A stretch of 64,000 nucleotides of DNA from the human T2T-CHM13v2.0 reference genome, Homo sapiens: assembly GCF_009914755.1 (NCBI RefSeq), contig NC_060931.1; one strand, 5' to 3'. This document shows positions 29,341 to 54,196 of the stretch, piece by piece. The notes beneath the pieces are model-generated. The model ran no database searches, had not been told where the DNA came from, and was given only the letters and a program-made list of their open reading frames with translations. Position 1 is the first letter of the stretch. Every line of letters starts with the position of its first letter. The translations under genes and the position numbers were made by a program.

Positions 29341-31679
29341 GGCCAGTAGGGGTCCCATGACTAAGGCAGAGGATTGGTGCAAAATTCTGGTCCCATAGAG
29401 AGCTCAGTACTGGCTTATCCACTGGATAGAACTTTGAAGTAGGAGTCATTCCTGGGGGCCTTACCTCCCTGGTATGATAGGCAAGGAAATGTGGGGGGCA
29501 TCAGAGAATACAGACATCACTAGACTATCACATTCTACCAAAATGGAGGTCTGGAAGGAAGATCAAGGTGGTTAGTATACAGTCTTTCTCATATCCAGAT
29601 GATCCCAAGTGGGGAGCTCAGTGTGCCTCCTATAAAAAGCTGTAGAGAAAGTCACATTAAAAGAAAAGGCAACACAGGATTTCAATCGCTTCCTCACAGG
29701 TAAATCCAGAATCGCCCCTGTTTTGGTGCATTTGTTATGTATGGATGGATTCCATTTGTATATGCATTTATAAAAGTATTACTTATTCCCTACAGAAAAT
29801 TTGAGGAAAAGATCAAAGCAAAAATCGTCTATAATTTCAACACCTAGATAACATTTTAGAAGAGTGTTTTATTGCTAGTAGCATTTCCCCTTAGAAGGCT
29901 TAATAAGTATGTATTCAATTATATAATGAATGAATTAAGCTGGTGCTCAGTATTCCAGTGCAGGAAGCATGAGACTTATGCTGAAGGACAGCAGCCATTA
30001 CATCTTGTCTTTCCTATAGATGCCCCTGAGCCCAAAACGTTGGGTTTCCCTGCTAGAGGAAGAGACAGGGAAATGCGGGCAGAGGGAAGGGGCCAGATGG
30101 TCTCTGGGTCAGCCACAGGGAGATAACAGAGTCAACTGACCTATCTACCTTCCCCTTGTAATAAAGAGGTGGCAGAAAGTTACCACCTTTGAAAACAGAG
30201 GACTCTGCTCTCTGTCAAACATGGCCCAATCCACACTGGGAATCTGACCAACCAGTTTAGCAACTCCTCCTCCCTCCACTGGGACCAGGAAACGGATGTT
30301 AGAAAAGCAGTGGAAAGGGAGAATTTTCACTTTTTCCACTTTATTCCTACGTTATACCTCTCTCTTTTAACCTATTGAGTGTTTCAGCCAAGTCAATGGT
30401 TGTGCATAGCCACAGCTGTTTTTGGTGAGGACAGAGATCTGTGGAGCTTCAGAAAGTCCTGCCTGAACATTGTGTGTGCCTTCCTGAGTACTTTCGCAGC
30501 TTCTGTGCATCTTATCTACCCAGGACCAATTCGGAGGTCACTCTCAGGACTTTCTGACATCAGTCAAGATAGGTCTCTAGTCAACTGCAAGGCCATTGTC
30601 AAATGGTGCCAGCTACATTGTCCACTCCAGCTTTCAACAACCAGGAAAGTGTTCAGAGTCCAAACAATACAAAAATATACAAAACCTCTCCCAAAATGTT
30701 GTTAATGCAGATGTCTCTGTCTCATGTATCACACGTTCCCAAAATTCTAGAGTCAATATGGTACCTAAGAATATTGAAAAATCCGCCAACACCCACAAAA
30801 TTTAGACACAAACAACCCTTATCCGTTGCAGCAGCTACTAATCTAAGCCTTGTTCCTTCTCTCTAAGCAAAACCAGAGTTTGCAGAACCTGGTACATATT
30901 TAGACTTACATTGCTGTTGCCAGCTGTGTTACCTGAGGAAAGTAAGCAGACAAAAAGCAGAAAAGAAAAAGGAGAAAGTCATCCTTGTTTTATTGTCATT
31001 AGAATGAATGTCAGTCTCTTCCAGGTTATCCAAGGCTTATGAATTTAAATCCCAAATCAGAGAACCCACCTTAGAGGGGAGAAATTGTGACATTATGCTT
31101 CTCATATCCTTTGGGGAAAATACAGTTACAAATAGTCTACCCTCTACCAGAGAATGGCATATGAAATACTCTATCTCTATACCGAGTCTAGAAATTTGGA
31201 CCTACAGACACAGCCTTTTCTTGGAACTTCTGTTCTTTTCTTCATATTTACCCTCGAAAAGAAGAGGCTTATTTTACAATATGAATTTTCTATAACACAG
31301 AACATAAATTTCTGGTGAAAATTAAACACTTAAAACCTGCCTAACCCTTCAACAATGAAAAGGTTAAGTATTAAAATAATATGATGAAATATTTTTCAGA
31401 AGGGGAAGAGTAGATTATGTCAATTCTTTTTAAACAGTCAATAATAGAAGGGAAAAGGCAGAAAGAGTTCAGGAACATGCAGAAAAAAGTAGTCAAAATA
31501 ATCCACAATCAGGCCTTACCCTTACTGCTAGCCTAATCACCAGCAGTTCCCAAATTAGAGAAAAATACATTTCAGGCAAACTCAATATAAAAAATTAATA
31601 TTCAAATATCAGAACCAGTTAAATGGAAGTCTAGCTGCTTGACACATATGAAGTGGTTATGGTGACCTTACAACCTCGC

Positions 31680-31953
31680 TGCTATAGACTAATGTTTGTG
31701 AGTGGGCCCTCCTAATGGAATTAATGCCTTTATAAAGGAGGAAGAGACACATGATTTCTCTCCCTTTGCTATGTGAGAACACAGCAAGAAGGCAGCCATC
31801 TGCAAACCAGGAAGAGAGCCCTTAGCAGAAACCTGATCCACCAGCACCTTGACATTGAACTTTCCAGCCTTCAGAACTGTGAGGAATAAATGTCTGTAGT
31901 TTAAGCAACTCAGTCTATGATATTTTTATAGCAGTCCAAAATGACTTAGATAC
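31680..31953. mobile_element. MLT1A-like MaLR LTR, internally deleted
   Basis: cacagcaagaaggcagccatctgcaaaccaggaagagagccc...cagaactgtgaggaataaatgtctg. Confidence 0.8.
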
Positions 31954-31984
31954 TCACAAAACAAATTCTTACAATATTTGGAAT

Positions 31985-32433
31985 CTTTCTTTCTTTTTCC
32001 TTCCTTCCTTCCTTTCCTTTCCTTCCTTTTTTATCTCTTTCCTTCCTTCCTCCTTTCCTCTCTTTCTTTCTTTCTTTTTTCTTTCTTCCTTTCTTCCTTC
32101 CTTCCTTCCATCTCTTTCCTTTTCTTCATTTTTCCTCTTTCTCCCTTGACTCCCTTTCTCCCTTCATCTCTCTCTTTCTCTTTCTCCCTTCATCTTTCTT
32201 TCTCTCTTTCTGTCTTTATCTCTTTCTCTCTCCTTTCTTTCTTTTTCTTTCTTTCTTTCTCTCTCCTTCCTTCCTTTCCCTCTCTCTCTCTTTCTCTCTC
32301 TCTCCTTCCTTCCTTTCTCTTTCTCTTTCTTTCTTTTTCTTTCTTTCTCTCTCCTTCCTTCCTTCCTCTCTCTTTCTTCCCCTCCCTTTCTTTCTTTCTC
32401 TTTCTTTCTTTCTTCTTTCTTTCTTTCTTTCTT

Positions 32434-32502
<69 letters not shown>
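31985..32502. repeat. ~520-bp CT-rich tract (TTCC/TTTC/TC), the expanded tail of the adjacent AluJ
   Basis: Nearly pure pyrimidine and contiguous with the Alu body. Confidence 0.93.
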
Positions 32503-32505
<3 letters not shown>

Positions 32506-32770
32506 ACTCTATTGCCCAGGCTGGAGTACAGTGGTGGGATCATACCTCACTGCGGCCTCAAGGGCTCAAGTGATCCTCCTGCCTCAGCCTCCTGAGTAGC
32601 TGGGACCACACTCACACACCACCATGCCCAGCTACTTAAAAAAAAATTTTTTTTAGAGATGGGGTCTTACTATGTTATCCAGACTAGTCTCCAATTCCTG
32701 GCCTCTAGTGGTCCTTCACCTCAGCCTCTCAAAGTGCTGGGATTACAGGTGTGAGCCACCACTCCCAGCC
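32503..32770 (-). mobile_element. AluJ
   Basis: gggctcaagtgatcctcctgcc, gctgggaccaca. Confidence 0.88.
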
Positions 32771-32834
32771 AAGATTTGGACTTTTGAAAGAAAATCCAGC
32801 TTCCCTCTCAGGACTCTGTGCAGACCATGACTTT

Positions 32835-33710
32835 TTCTTTTCTTGTTTATTTTCTCTTATTTCATTTTAAATTCAAGGGGTACATGGCTTGTTTGTTATA
32901 AGGGTATTACATGCATAATAATGAGGATTGGGCTTCTAATCTACCCATCACCCAAATATTGAATATTGAACTCAATAAGTAATTTTTCAACCTTTATCCC
33001 TCTCCCAATCTCCCCACTTTTGGGGTCCTCAGTCTATTATCTCCATCTTTATGCTCATGTGTACCCATTGTTTAGCTCTCACTTATACATTAAAGCATGT
33101 GATGCTTGATTTGCTGTTTCTGAGTTAGTTCACTTAAGATAATGGCCTCCAGCTCCATCCACGTTGCTGCGAAGGACATGATTTTATGTTTTATGGCTGT
33201 GTAGTATTCCATGGTGTATATATACATTTTCTTTATCCAATCAACTATTGGTGACACTTAGGTTGGTTCCATGACTTTGCTATTGTGAATAGTGCTGCAA
33301 TAAACATAGGAGTGCAGATGTCTTTTTAATTAATGATTTCTTTTCCTTTGGGTAGGTACCTAGTAGTGGGTTTGCTGGATCTAATGGTAGTTCTATTTTT
33401 AGTTATTTGGAATATCTCCATATTGTTTTCCATAGAGGTTGAACTAATTTACACTCCCACCAAAAGTATATGAGTGTCCCCCTTTCTCTGCAACCATGCC
33501 AACATCCATTGTTTTTTGACTTTTTAAATAATAGCCATTCTGACTAGTATAATATCTCACTGTGATTTTAATTTGCATTTCTCTGATGATTAGTGATGTT
33601 GAGCATGTGTTTGTTGACCACTTGTATTTCCTGTTTTGCAAAATGTCTGTTCATGCCCTTTACCCAGTTTTTAATGTGGTTGTTTTTTTCTTGTTGAGTT
33701 GTTTGAGTCA
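32835..33710 (-). mobile_element. Older L1 (L1PB/L1MA-like) 3' fragment
   Basis: L1 3' UTR and ORF2 C-terminal remnants ([12 protein letters not shown] in ORF 33444-33641). Confidence 0.85.
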
Positions 33711-33757
33711 TCTGATATAGACTCATCTCTGAGCCTACCCAGACAAAGATATATTTG

Positions 33758-33837
33758 AGAGCCCCAAGGTGACATCTCTAGGTCAGTCAAGTGGCCAAGA
33801 GCCCCAAGGTGACATCTCTAGGTCAGCCAAGTGGCCA
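33758..33837. repeat. 40-bp tandem duplication (2 copies, 1 mismatch)
   Basis: agagccccaaggtgacatctctaggtcag(t/c)caagtggcca twice. Confidence 0.95.
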
Positions 33838-34659
33838 GTGCATGCTGCAACATGTTGTGGGAAGGCACACACTATTTCCCAGGTGTTACAGGATGGTATG
33901 TGCATGTACTTCATTTCTCACCTTTTCTTCTAACAGTCTGACACTAACCTGCTTCATCACAGCATCTCAGTGTCTTCAGATGCTCTTGCTGGATGGCCTC
34001 TCCAACTCAGCCGAATAGCCAAGATCATTGTCTCCCAAGAGGCAACAATTCCAGCAAATTCTAAACCTACAGACATTATAGTTTCATGAAATCCCACACC
34101 AATGGAGCACAATGTCTTTTTTTTTATAGAAGACACTCACTTGCTGTGAAGGCTGCATTTGCAGTGTCAGGGGCCCCTTAGAAGGAACAAACATCCAGTT
34201 CCTGCACCCTGAATCTGAATCAACTGCAACTGGGAGAAGCAACTACCAATTGAATATGCACCATGCCAGATGGCCTGGCATATTTATGTGCTTTGAGTTG
34301 CCATGTCCTGTGTGCCAGAGAGCTAAAACTGGTTTCAGGCAACTCAGTCCTCCACCATCTGACCAGCCAAGATTATTCTCTCCACTTAGATTGAAACACA
34401 GAGACCTACTCCAGTGATCTAGGATTAGGGACTTTTGTGGCACAGAAGGCACTAGACTCAGTGATGATATTACTGCTGCTCTTGTCGTTGGCCTGGGAGA
34501 CACTGCTGGGATACCCTGCCTCCAGCCTGAATGCTTGGGATAGGCTTAGAAAGTACTCAGCTGGTTCCATCCAGGATAGGGGACTGCAGCGTCAGTGCTG
34601 TGTGATGCCCTGTTTTCATACTTCATATTCTTCACTCTTGCCTTCTATATCCCTCACCA

Positions 34660-36480
34660 GGGATTTTTTATTTTATTAGTCTTTTCAAAGATCTAACTTT
34701 TGATTTTCTTGATCCTCTATATATGTTTGTTTTCTGTTTAATTACTTTCTGCTCTTTATTCTTTATCATTTCCTTCTTTCTACTTTCCTTGGATTTAATT
34801 TGTTGTTCTTTTGCTAATTTCTTGAGATTGCTGCTTAGCTCGTTGGTTTGTAGCCATTCTTGTCTAATGTATGCAATGAGACTGTCAATTTTCCTCTAAG
34901 CAGTTTTTATTTTGCTTTATTTTGGTAAAATTCTTGCTGAAGCACAACACACACACAGAAAAGTGCACAAATTTAAGTGCAGAGCTTATGAATTTTTCAG
35001 AAAGGGAACTCTTTCACGTAAACAGCGCTCAAATCAAGAAGCAGAGCTTTACTCACATTTTAATCTGTTCTGTTTCTCTTCATCCTTCTCACACATCTGT
35101 GTTTCTGTCTGGGATCATTTTCCTCTAAAAAAAAAAAAAGAGTTCCCTTTAGTATTTCTTTTAGTGCAATCCCACTGGAGATAAATAGTCTCAGTTTTTG
35201 TTTGTCTGAAAACATCACTATTTCACCTATAGTTTTGAAGAGTAATTTCACAATATATATAGCGGGAACTCAAAGTTAGGTGTTTTTCTCTTTAGCACTT
35301 AGGAATGTCATTTATCTTCTGAAAAGTCAATGGTTAGTCTTTTTGTCATTCCTTTGAAGGTAACTATCTTCCCCCATCTTATGCTTCTAAGACTTTTATC
35401 TTTGTCTTTGGATTTCATCAGTTTAACTATGATGTGCTTACCAGAGCTTCTTGTTTTTATCCTACGGCTTATCCTGAAGCTTAATGAGAAGCTATTATCT
35501 TCTCAAAAGTTGGCTTTACCCCATTCTCTGGAACTCCAATTACATACGGTGGATCATTCCATTGTGTCCCTCTGTTCCTTTTTCTCTATGTACTTTCTCC
35601 CCTTTCTTTCCTCTACCTTCTTTCAATCCGGATATTTTCAGTCGACCTATCTCCCGGTTTACGAACCCTCTTTCTGCTCTACCTGATCTCCTGCTAAACA
35701 CATGCATAAAGTTCCTAATTTCAGCTATTCTATTTTTCAGTAATAAAATCCTCATTTGATTCTTTTCTATTGGTTTTAATTTTCTGGCAAAGGCTGTACT
35801 TAATATATCCATTTTCTATGTACATCATTGCTTCTTTAAAGTCTTTGCCAGATGACTTCAGCATCAGGATTCTGTTTCCCTGCTTCTATCTATTGCTGTA
35901 CTTGGTAATTTTCTGTCAATTGCCATACATTGGGTATGAAATATTATACACTTGAGTTACTTTAGGTGATGACATCTTCTCCCAAAGAGGGTTTGCCATG
36001 TCCTCAGCTAGGCAGTTGGGGTGCTGATGGCCTTGTCCAATAAGAGGGGAGCTCCGCGGGGTGCAGTCCAATTCTGGTAAGCCACAGTCTCCCTCTGGCT
36101 ATCCCATGTTCCTTAGGACCCCTCTCAAGGGCTTTCAGTGGGGCCCCTCTCCCTGCCAGATCTCCTCAATACCAAGAGATGGAAAATTTTGCCTCTACTT
36201 TTCAAATGTTTTCATGATTAGATTTTTAGTCTTTTGCCCTCAAAGCTTCAGTATTTGTGAATGTCTGAGGGGAAACCAGTTGTGTATTTGAGATCTCCTG
36301 TGCTGTAACTCTCGCCCCATCTAGTGAGCCACCAGGAAAAAGGGGGTACAGGTTACCAGAAACCTCTCATCTAGAAGTTTTAGTCCTATCTGAGATTCCA
36401 CTGCTCTGCAGTGCCTGGAAACATTTTGTTTTAAAATCAGCTTACTTAGTTAGCTGTAGAAGCATTCATGTGCTGCAACT
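34660..36480 (-). mobile_element. Ancient L1M (L1ME/MC-like) remnants
   Basis: T-rich, with degenerate ORF1-like motifs on the minus strand (FSDKQKLRLFIS, IAEIRNF). Confidence 0.6.
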
Positions 36481-36512
36481 ACTCTATCCTAGCAGAAAGA
36501 AGAAGTCTCTAA

Positions 36513-36823
<311 letters not shown>

Positions 36824-37004
36824 TCTAATTACCTTTGAACTGTGCAAGCAATAGCCCCAGGGATCAAAAACTCTGTCTGGGGGTGGTGACAGTAATCAAC
36901 ACTGAAATGAAAACAAAATGCATTTTTTGATTGTTTTTGAATTTAGAATTGGCCCCCTGACACGTGAAGTAAGTATTTCCCCTAAATTAAAGCTACAGTG
37001 TCGT

Positions 37005-37611
37005 CTGTTGGTGGGAGTGTAAACTAGTTCAACCATTGTGGAAGACAGTGTGGCGATTCCTCAAGGATCTAGAACTAGAAATACCATTTGATCCCCTGAT
37101 CCCATTACTGGGTATATACCCAAAGGATTATAAATCATGCTACTATAAAGACACATGCACACGTATGTTTATTGTGGCAATACTCACAATAGCAAAGACT
37201 TGGAACCAACCCAAATGTCCATCAATGATAGAGTGGATTAAGAAAATGTGGCACATATACACCATGGAATACTATGCAGCCATAAAAAAGGATGAGTTCA
37301 TGTCCTTTGCAGGGACTTGGATGAAGCTGGAAAACATCATTCTCAGCAAACTATCACAAGGACAGAAAACCAAACACTGCATGTTCTCACTCATAGGTGG
37401 GAATTGAACAATGAGAACACTTGGACACAGGGCAGGGAATATCACACCCCAGGGTCTGTCATAGGGTTGGGGGGCAGGGGGAGGGATAGCATTAGGTGAA
37501 ATATCTAATGTAAATGATGAGTTGATGGGTGCAGCAAACTAACATTGCACATGTATAACTATGTAACAAACCTGCACATTGTGCACATGTACCCTAGAAC
37601 TTACAGTATTA

Positions 37612-37646
<35 letters not shown>

Positions 37647-37648
37647 AT
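37005..37648 (+). mobile_element. L1PA (L1PA6-like) 3' fragment with (TAAA)n tail
   Basis: ORF2 C-terminus in ORF 37036-37407; TSD ag(c/t)tacagtgtc (36991-37002, 37649-37660). Confidence 0.93.
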
Positions 37649-39042
37649 AGTTACAGTGTCATTTTACATATTGGTTCGTTTTGGTCACTTTTGCTATGCT
37701 ATCGTATTTAAAGACATTAACATGGGATTTATTCTTCTAAATAACAAATTAGTCAAGTAATATACAGTTACTCATGTAAAAAATATATATCAGCTATCAC
37801 AATTACTTCAAAAAGAAGTTGCAATTAACCATTTTTCATTCACATAACCAGACAGCTCAGAATTTAGCTATTAGAGAAGCATGAGTTTATCACGTGGCAA
37901 TTTGTATAAGTTAGGCAAATGTGAAATTCTTAAAAATACAAACATCTACTGTTTATTAAACATTTATGACTTTTCCAGTTATTTTAAAATTAATTTAATT
38001 TTAGTTTAGTTTTAGTTAATATAACCAGTCCGTAATACAGCATTCTAAATCATGATGACTTTTGGAAGTACAAATCCAAGTTAGATGATACCTGTATCAA
38101 ATTATAAAATTTTGACTGTCAATATGACATTCTGTAATACAATAAGATTTTTTCTGTTAGAGCCATATATTACTTTAATGATAATTTTACTACAAAAATA
38201 TCATTTGAGTAGCAAAAATATCATGACTTTCAGGGCTGTTTATAGTAGAGCAAGGGTTTGTTGTTGTTTTGGTGCAATTTAATATGGCTTTAAAAATTAT
38301 GTAATTTTATCCCTTTGAATGAGTTCTTAGATACAAGTTGCTAAAATTAAATGCAGCAGGACAAGTATGTATAAAAGATGACTGTTTCATTCTGGTGTTG
38401 GTTAAAAACCAGACTCACGCCTGAAAAGCTTTAACATTTTACCTTAAGGAGATTCAACAGGTAATATCAGTTTTTAAATTAACATAAATTTTCCAGTGTT
38501 TACTATGAATATTTACACTTAGAGTGGAATCATCAATGTTAGATGCCTCGTCAATGAACATTATTTCCATTTATCCTCATTTATTTGGAAACCCTTCACC
38601 CTTCCTTTGTTTTGATCAAAAGTCACAGCCTTTCTCTAAGCTGCTTATTTCTTAAAATCCATTTAATTCATAAAAAGAAATACAAATGGATATACTGCCA
38701 TATAGGATAGACTGGCAGGACTCAAGGTTTTATACAATTAATGTTGATTATTTCTCTAAAAGTACTGCTCTTATTGTTTCCTCTTGCTGAAACTAAACAC
38801 TCTTCAGACTCAATTTATATCACATTATTCTACTGTTACTTAATCTTTTTGAGCATCTGAAGACATTGTACTTTCCATTCCTCCTTCTAGATAACTCTTG
38901 AGGCTAACTCTTACAGAGTAATTATAGCTTTTTTGGTTAAAATTGCTTTTCTTGGGGTTTGAGGATATAGTCTCACATCTATTTTGTAAATGACATATTA
39001 GCAGATTTAAGTTCATTATTCTTAAGAATGTTTATACATAGA

Positions 39043-39343
<301 letters not shown>

Positions 39344-39563
39344 CTACGTAGATAATTTGATCCTTTCTGCAAAATAAGTGACTTCACAATGGAAGGCTGT
39401 GCTGATCTATCTGTCTAATTCATCAACTCTGATTATACTCTGGTTCATAAGATCTCAGTGTTTTTGCATTGCAGATATTGTAACACCTGAGTAGCTAAAA
39501 ACTTGCCATGATGTTCAGATATTCACGGTGCTGGCAAACTGCAATGTCTGGGCAACAGTATTC

Positions 39564-40622
39564 TTTTTTTTTTTTTAATTATACTTTAAGTTCTAGGGTA
39601 CATGTGCACAACGTGCAGGTTTGTTACATAGGTGTACATGTGCCATGATGGTTTGCTGCACCCATCAACTCGTCATTTACATTAGGTATTTCTCCTAATG
39701 CTATCCCTCACCCTGCCCCCCAACCCTATGACAGACGTGTGTGATATTCCCTGCCCTGTGTCCAAGTGTTCTCATTGTTCAATTCCCACCTACGAGTGAG
39801 AACATGCAGTGTTTGGTTTTCTGTCCTTGCAATAGTTTGCTGAGAATGATGTTTTCCAGCTTCATCCATGTCCCTGCAAAGGACATGAACTCATCCTTTT
39901 TTATGGCTGCATAGTATTCCATGGTGTATATGTGCCACATTTTCTTAATCCACTCTATCATTGATGGACATTTGGGTTGGTTTCAAGTCTTTGCTATTGT
40001 GAATAGTGCCGCAATAAAAATACGTGTGCATGTGTCTTTATAGTAGCATGATTTATAATCCTTTGGGTATATACCCAGTAATGGGGTCAAATGGTATTTC
40101 TAGTTCTAGATCCTTGAGGAATCCCACACTGTCTCCACAATGGTTGAATTAGTTTACACTCCCACCAACAGTGTAAAAGCGTTCCTATTTCTCCACATCC
40201 TCTCCAGCATCTGTTGTTTCCTGACCTTTTAATGATCGCCATTCTAACTGGTGTGAGATGGTGTCTCATTGTGGTTTTGATTTGCATTTCTCTGATGACC
40301 AGTGATGAAGAGCATTTCTTCGTGTGTCTGTTGGCTGCATAAATGTCTTCTTTTGAGACGTGTCTGTTCATATCCTTTGCCCACTTTTTGATGGGGTTGT
40401 TTGGTTTTTTTCTTGTAAATTTGTTTAAGTTCTTGGTAGATTCTGGATATTAGCCCTTTGTCAGATGGGTAGATTGCAGAACTTTTCTCCCATTCTGTAG
40501 GTTGCCTGTTCACTCTGATGGTAGTTTCTTTTGCTGTGCAGAATCTCTTTAGTTTAATTAGATCCCATTTGCCTATTTTGGCTTTTCTTGCCATTGCTTT
40601 TGGTGTTTTAGTCATGAAGTCC
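39564..40622 (-). mobile_element. L1PA (L1PA6-like) 3' fragment, ~1.06 kb
   Basis: ORF2 C-terminal peptides; TSD tctgg(g/a)caacagtattctt (39547-39565, 40623-40641). Confidence 0.93.
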
Positions 40623-41269
40623 TCTGGACAACAGTATTCTTAAAGCATATTTTTATGTTGACAGATATCTCCTTTCAGCACTTTGAAGTTCTCATTCCCT
40701 TGTCTTCCATTGTTTCTGTTTGTGTTAAGAAGTCGTCTGTCAATATGACTCTTGCTCCTTTGAAGGTAAGCTAGCTTTTTCCTTCATTGGATGATGATGT
40801 TGTTTTTGTCTTTTTTTTTTTCTCTGATGTCTGATTGCTTTGTTCCTTTTGGATTCATAGGGCTTTTTGAATCTATACCTTGATGTCTTTCGATGTAGCA
40901 CCATCATCTCTCTGCTGTCCTTTTAGATTTCAGTTACCTATATTTTAGACTATCTGCTAGTATCCTGTGTGTTTCTTGCTCTTTCGTCTATATTTTCCAT
41001 CCTTTTCCTCTGCATGCTTCTTTCTGGGTTTTTTTCTGACCTATATTCCAGTTCCTTAAAATTTCTCCTCTATGTTGTTTAATCTACTGTTAAACCTATT
41101 CATTGAGTTCACTATTTCAAAGTACAGTTTATCAGAATTTCTCGGATTCAAAATTTCTGTTTGGTTCATTTTGTAGACTTAATTCTTTGCTAGTAGTTTC
41201 GATCTTGTCTTCTTTTTGCTCGAGTGTTTTAAGTATATGTTCAGTGACATCTACTTGTTTTTTGTTTTT

Positions 41270-41699
41270 AATTTAGAAAGGGGACTTTATTTTGTATAAG
41301 GGTTTATAGTCTGCAGGGTGGCCATTCCACAGGCTGTGAAGTATAGACTCCGCTCAGCAAAGACTGGAAACAGGCACTTTAAGGGAGGAGAGAGCAGAAG
41401 AGGAACTTATGTTGAACAGGTTGGCCAAGTATACATATTTAATGGGTTATAGCAGGAGTTATGAATATTCACAAAGGGGTTCCTGAAATATGCATATTGA
41501 AAAACATGTATGTAACATACAACCCAAGTTAACATTAGGGTAGAGACTTAACATTTAAATGAATTACTATTAGGCCGTATACATCAAAAGCTAAAGCAGG
41601 GACATGGAGGCACTCAGGTGTGCAGCCTCTGTAAACAAGCCAGAACCAGTCTATGGTTGGCAATCTCTTATCAGAAGAAAGTTACTGAAATCATTCTCT

Positions 41700-41700
<1 letters not shown>
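41270..41700 (-). mobile_element. ERV1-class LTR fragment (MER4-group-like), truncated 16 nt past its AATAAA
   Basis: ggccaagtatacatatt...ggagttatgaatatt and gggactttatt resemble ERV1 LTRs as I recall them; family uncertain. Confidence 0.55.
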
Positions 41701-47861
<6,161 letters not shown>

Positions 47862-48494
47862 AGTGACATCTACTTGTTATGGAACATATGCCTGTATCTG
47901 ATGACTCTGATATCTGGAAATTCTATGTATCTGCCTTTTCTTTGTCAGCTGTTTTTTTTCTTTCTTCTTTTTTTTTTTTTTTTTTTTACATTGCCTTGTC
48001 TTTGCATGTGCTTGGTCAATTTTAATTAAGAACAGTACAATGTAAATGAAAACTTGTAGAAATCAGATGAGGCTTAGAATGATGCTACTTTCCTCCTGAG
48101 GGGTTTTACATTTTCTTCTGACCAATGTCTAGCAATCCAGAATAACCTCAATTGAATTTCAAGGCTTGAGATGATTCAGAGGGCTAAGGCTGGTGTATTT
48201 CTCAACAGTATATCCGTTTATTATTCAGAGTCCCACCTTGAATCGTAAGGGAATTACCAGAGCTTTCCTTTTTGACAGGCTTTAGATTTTTAAGTTTTAT
48301 CCCCTTAACCCGGCAAACCTGTCAAATATTCTTTTCAGCTTCTCAGCCTCTCAGATGCTTCTTTTAGAATCAACACACTTACCCCTAGAGAAACAACCCC
48401 AAATCCTGGGCTTATCTCTGAGTTTTCATGTTCTGTATCTTGACCTCATTATTTTATTTTCCACTGCCTTGCTAGGTCTCTGATGCCTTCAGGC

Positions 48495-48689
48495 TAGGGT
48501 TTCTAGATCTAGGGGAAAAAACTTTCAGGACATCTAATTAAATTTGAATTTAAAATAAACAATGAATAATATTTTTATTGTATGTGTATTCCATGCAATA
48601 ATCGAAACTTGCTTATACTAAAAATTCATTCTTTGTTTATCTGAAATTCAATTTTAACTGGGTGTCCTGTATTTGATTTGGTAACCCTA
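48495..48689. mobile_element. MER53-like palindromic hAT MITE
   Basis: Termini tagggtt...aacccta; internal symmetry ttaaatttgaattt..ataaacaatgaat / attctttgtttatctgaaattcaattttaa; ~195 bp. Confidence 0.8.
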
Positions 48690-49739
48690 CTTTTGGCAGA
48701 ATTATTTCTACATTTTAACAGCTTTTCTAGATGTTCTCTGAATTACCTAGTACATTATTACTGAAAGTGGAAGTTTACTTCTGTTAGCTGGTCAGCAAAC
48801 TTGAGTTATTAAAAACTTTTGAGAGACAAATCACCAAGAAAGGAGTTAATGTTTGCTTAAATCCTAGGTCTGCCATGAACCATATGTGTGACCTTATGTA
48901 AGTGGCCTTAATTTTGACCTCATTTTCCTTAGATGTAAAATAAGAATGACAGGTGACATTTACTGAGGTCTGATTATATGCCAAGCATTGTGCTAAACAC
49001 ATTTTTTTAAGAAGGCTAATAATGATTGGCTATACATCATAGGATTCTTGTGAGGATCAAATTAGAAAATATTATTAATGCCCTGGTACATAGTAAGTGC
49101 TAATTAACTGTTAAGACAAATTTAAGTCATTGCTTTTAAACTTAATTGAACATTTTACTTACTCAGGTCTCCTATCATCATTGCATACTGATGTCTCCAG
49201 TGCTACAGCTGGCCTACTAATCCCTTAACAGTGTAGGAAGGTGGGGGGGCAGGGAAGCAATTTTCTCCTTTCTTTAAGTGGTAATAAACTGAAGTGAAAC
49301 AATCTGTACTCTCTGAATACATGCCCTTAAATAAAGATTATAGTTGCAATCTGTGTATAAATATACATATTTATAGTGGTAGAAACTTCAGTTTTGCTCT
49401 ACTTCGTGAAGGACATGGTCACCCCGGCCCAAACTTGAAAATATAAATATATATATATTATTGATGCATGTGTTTTAATATTTATGGATGGCTTTCATTT
49501 GTAGCCCACCCCTAAATAAGAAGAAACGTTAATGATTTAATATCCCTTTTCAGCTAGAATGGGAAATCATTTTAAATTACAGGGATATTTAGGTTAAATA
49601 AAAGGAAGATCAATTTATAATCAAGTTGCTAAACACTGGAACATAGTATTAAAATACTCGTTTAAGAAAAAGGAAAACAACCTTTGCCAACAACTTCTCA
49701 GAAGAGTACCATGACGTCCATTTCCAAAAGGGTAGTATA

Positions 49740-54196
<4,457 letters not shown>

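Noticed and set aside
31978-32595. 205-aa F/L/S-rich ORF and the opposite-strand R/E/K-rich ORF
   Set aside because: Stop-free translation of a CT microsatellite.
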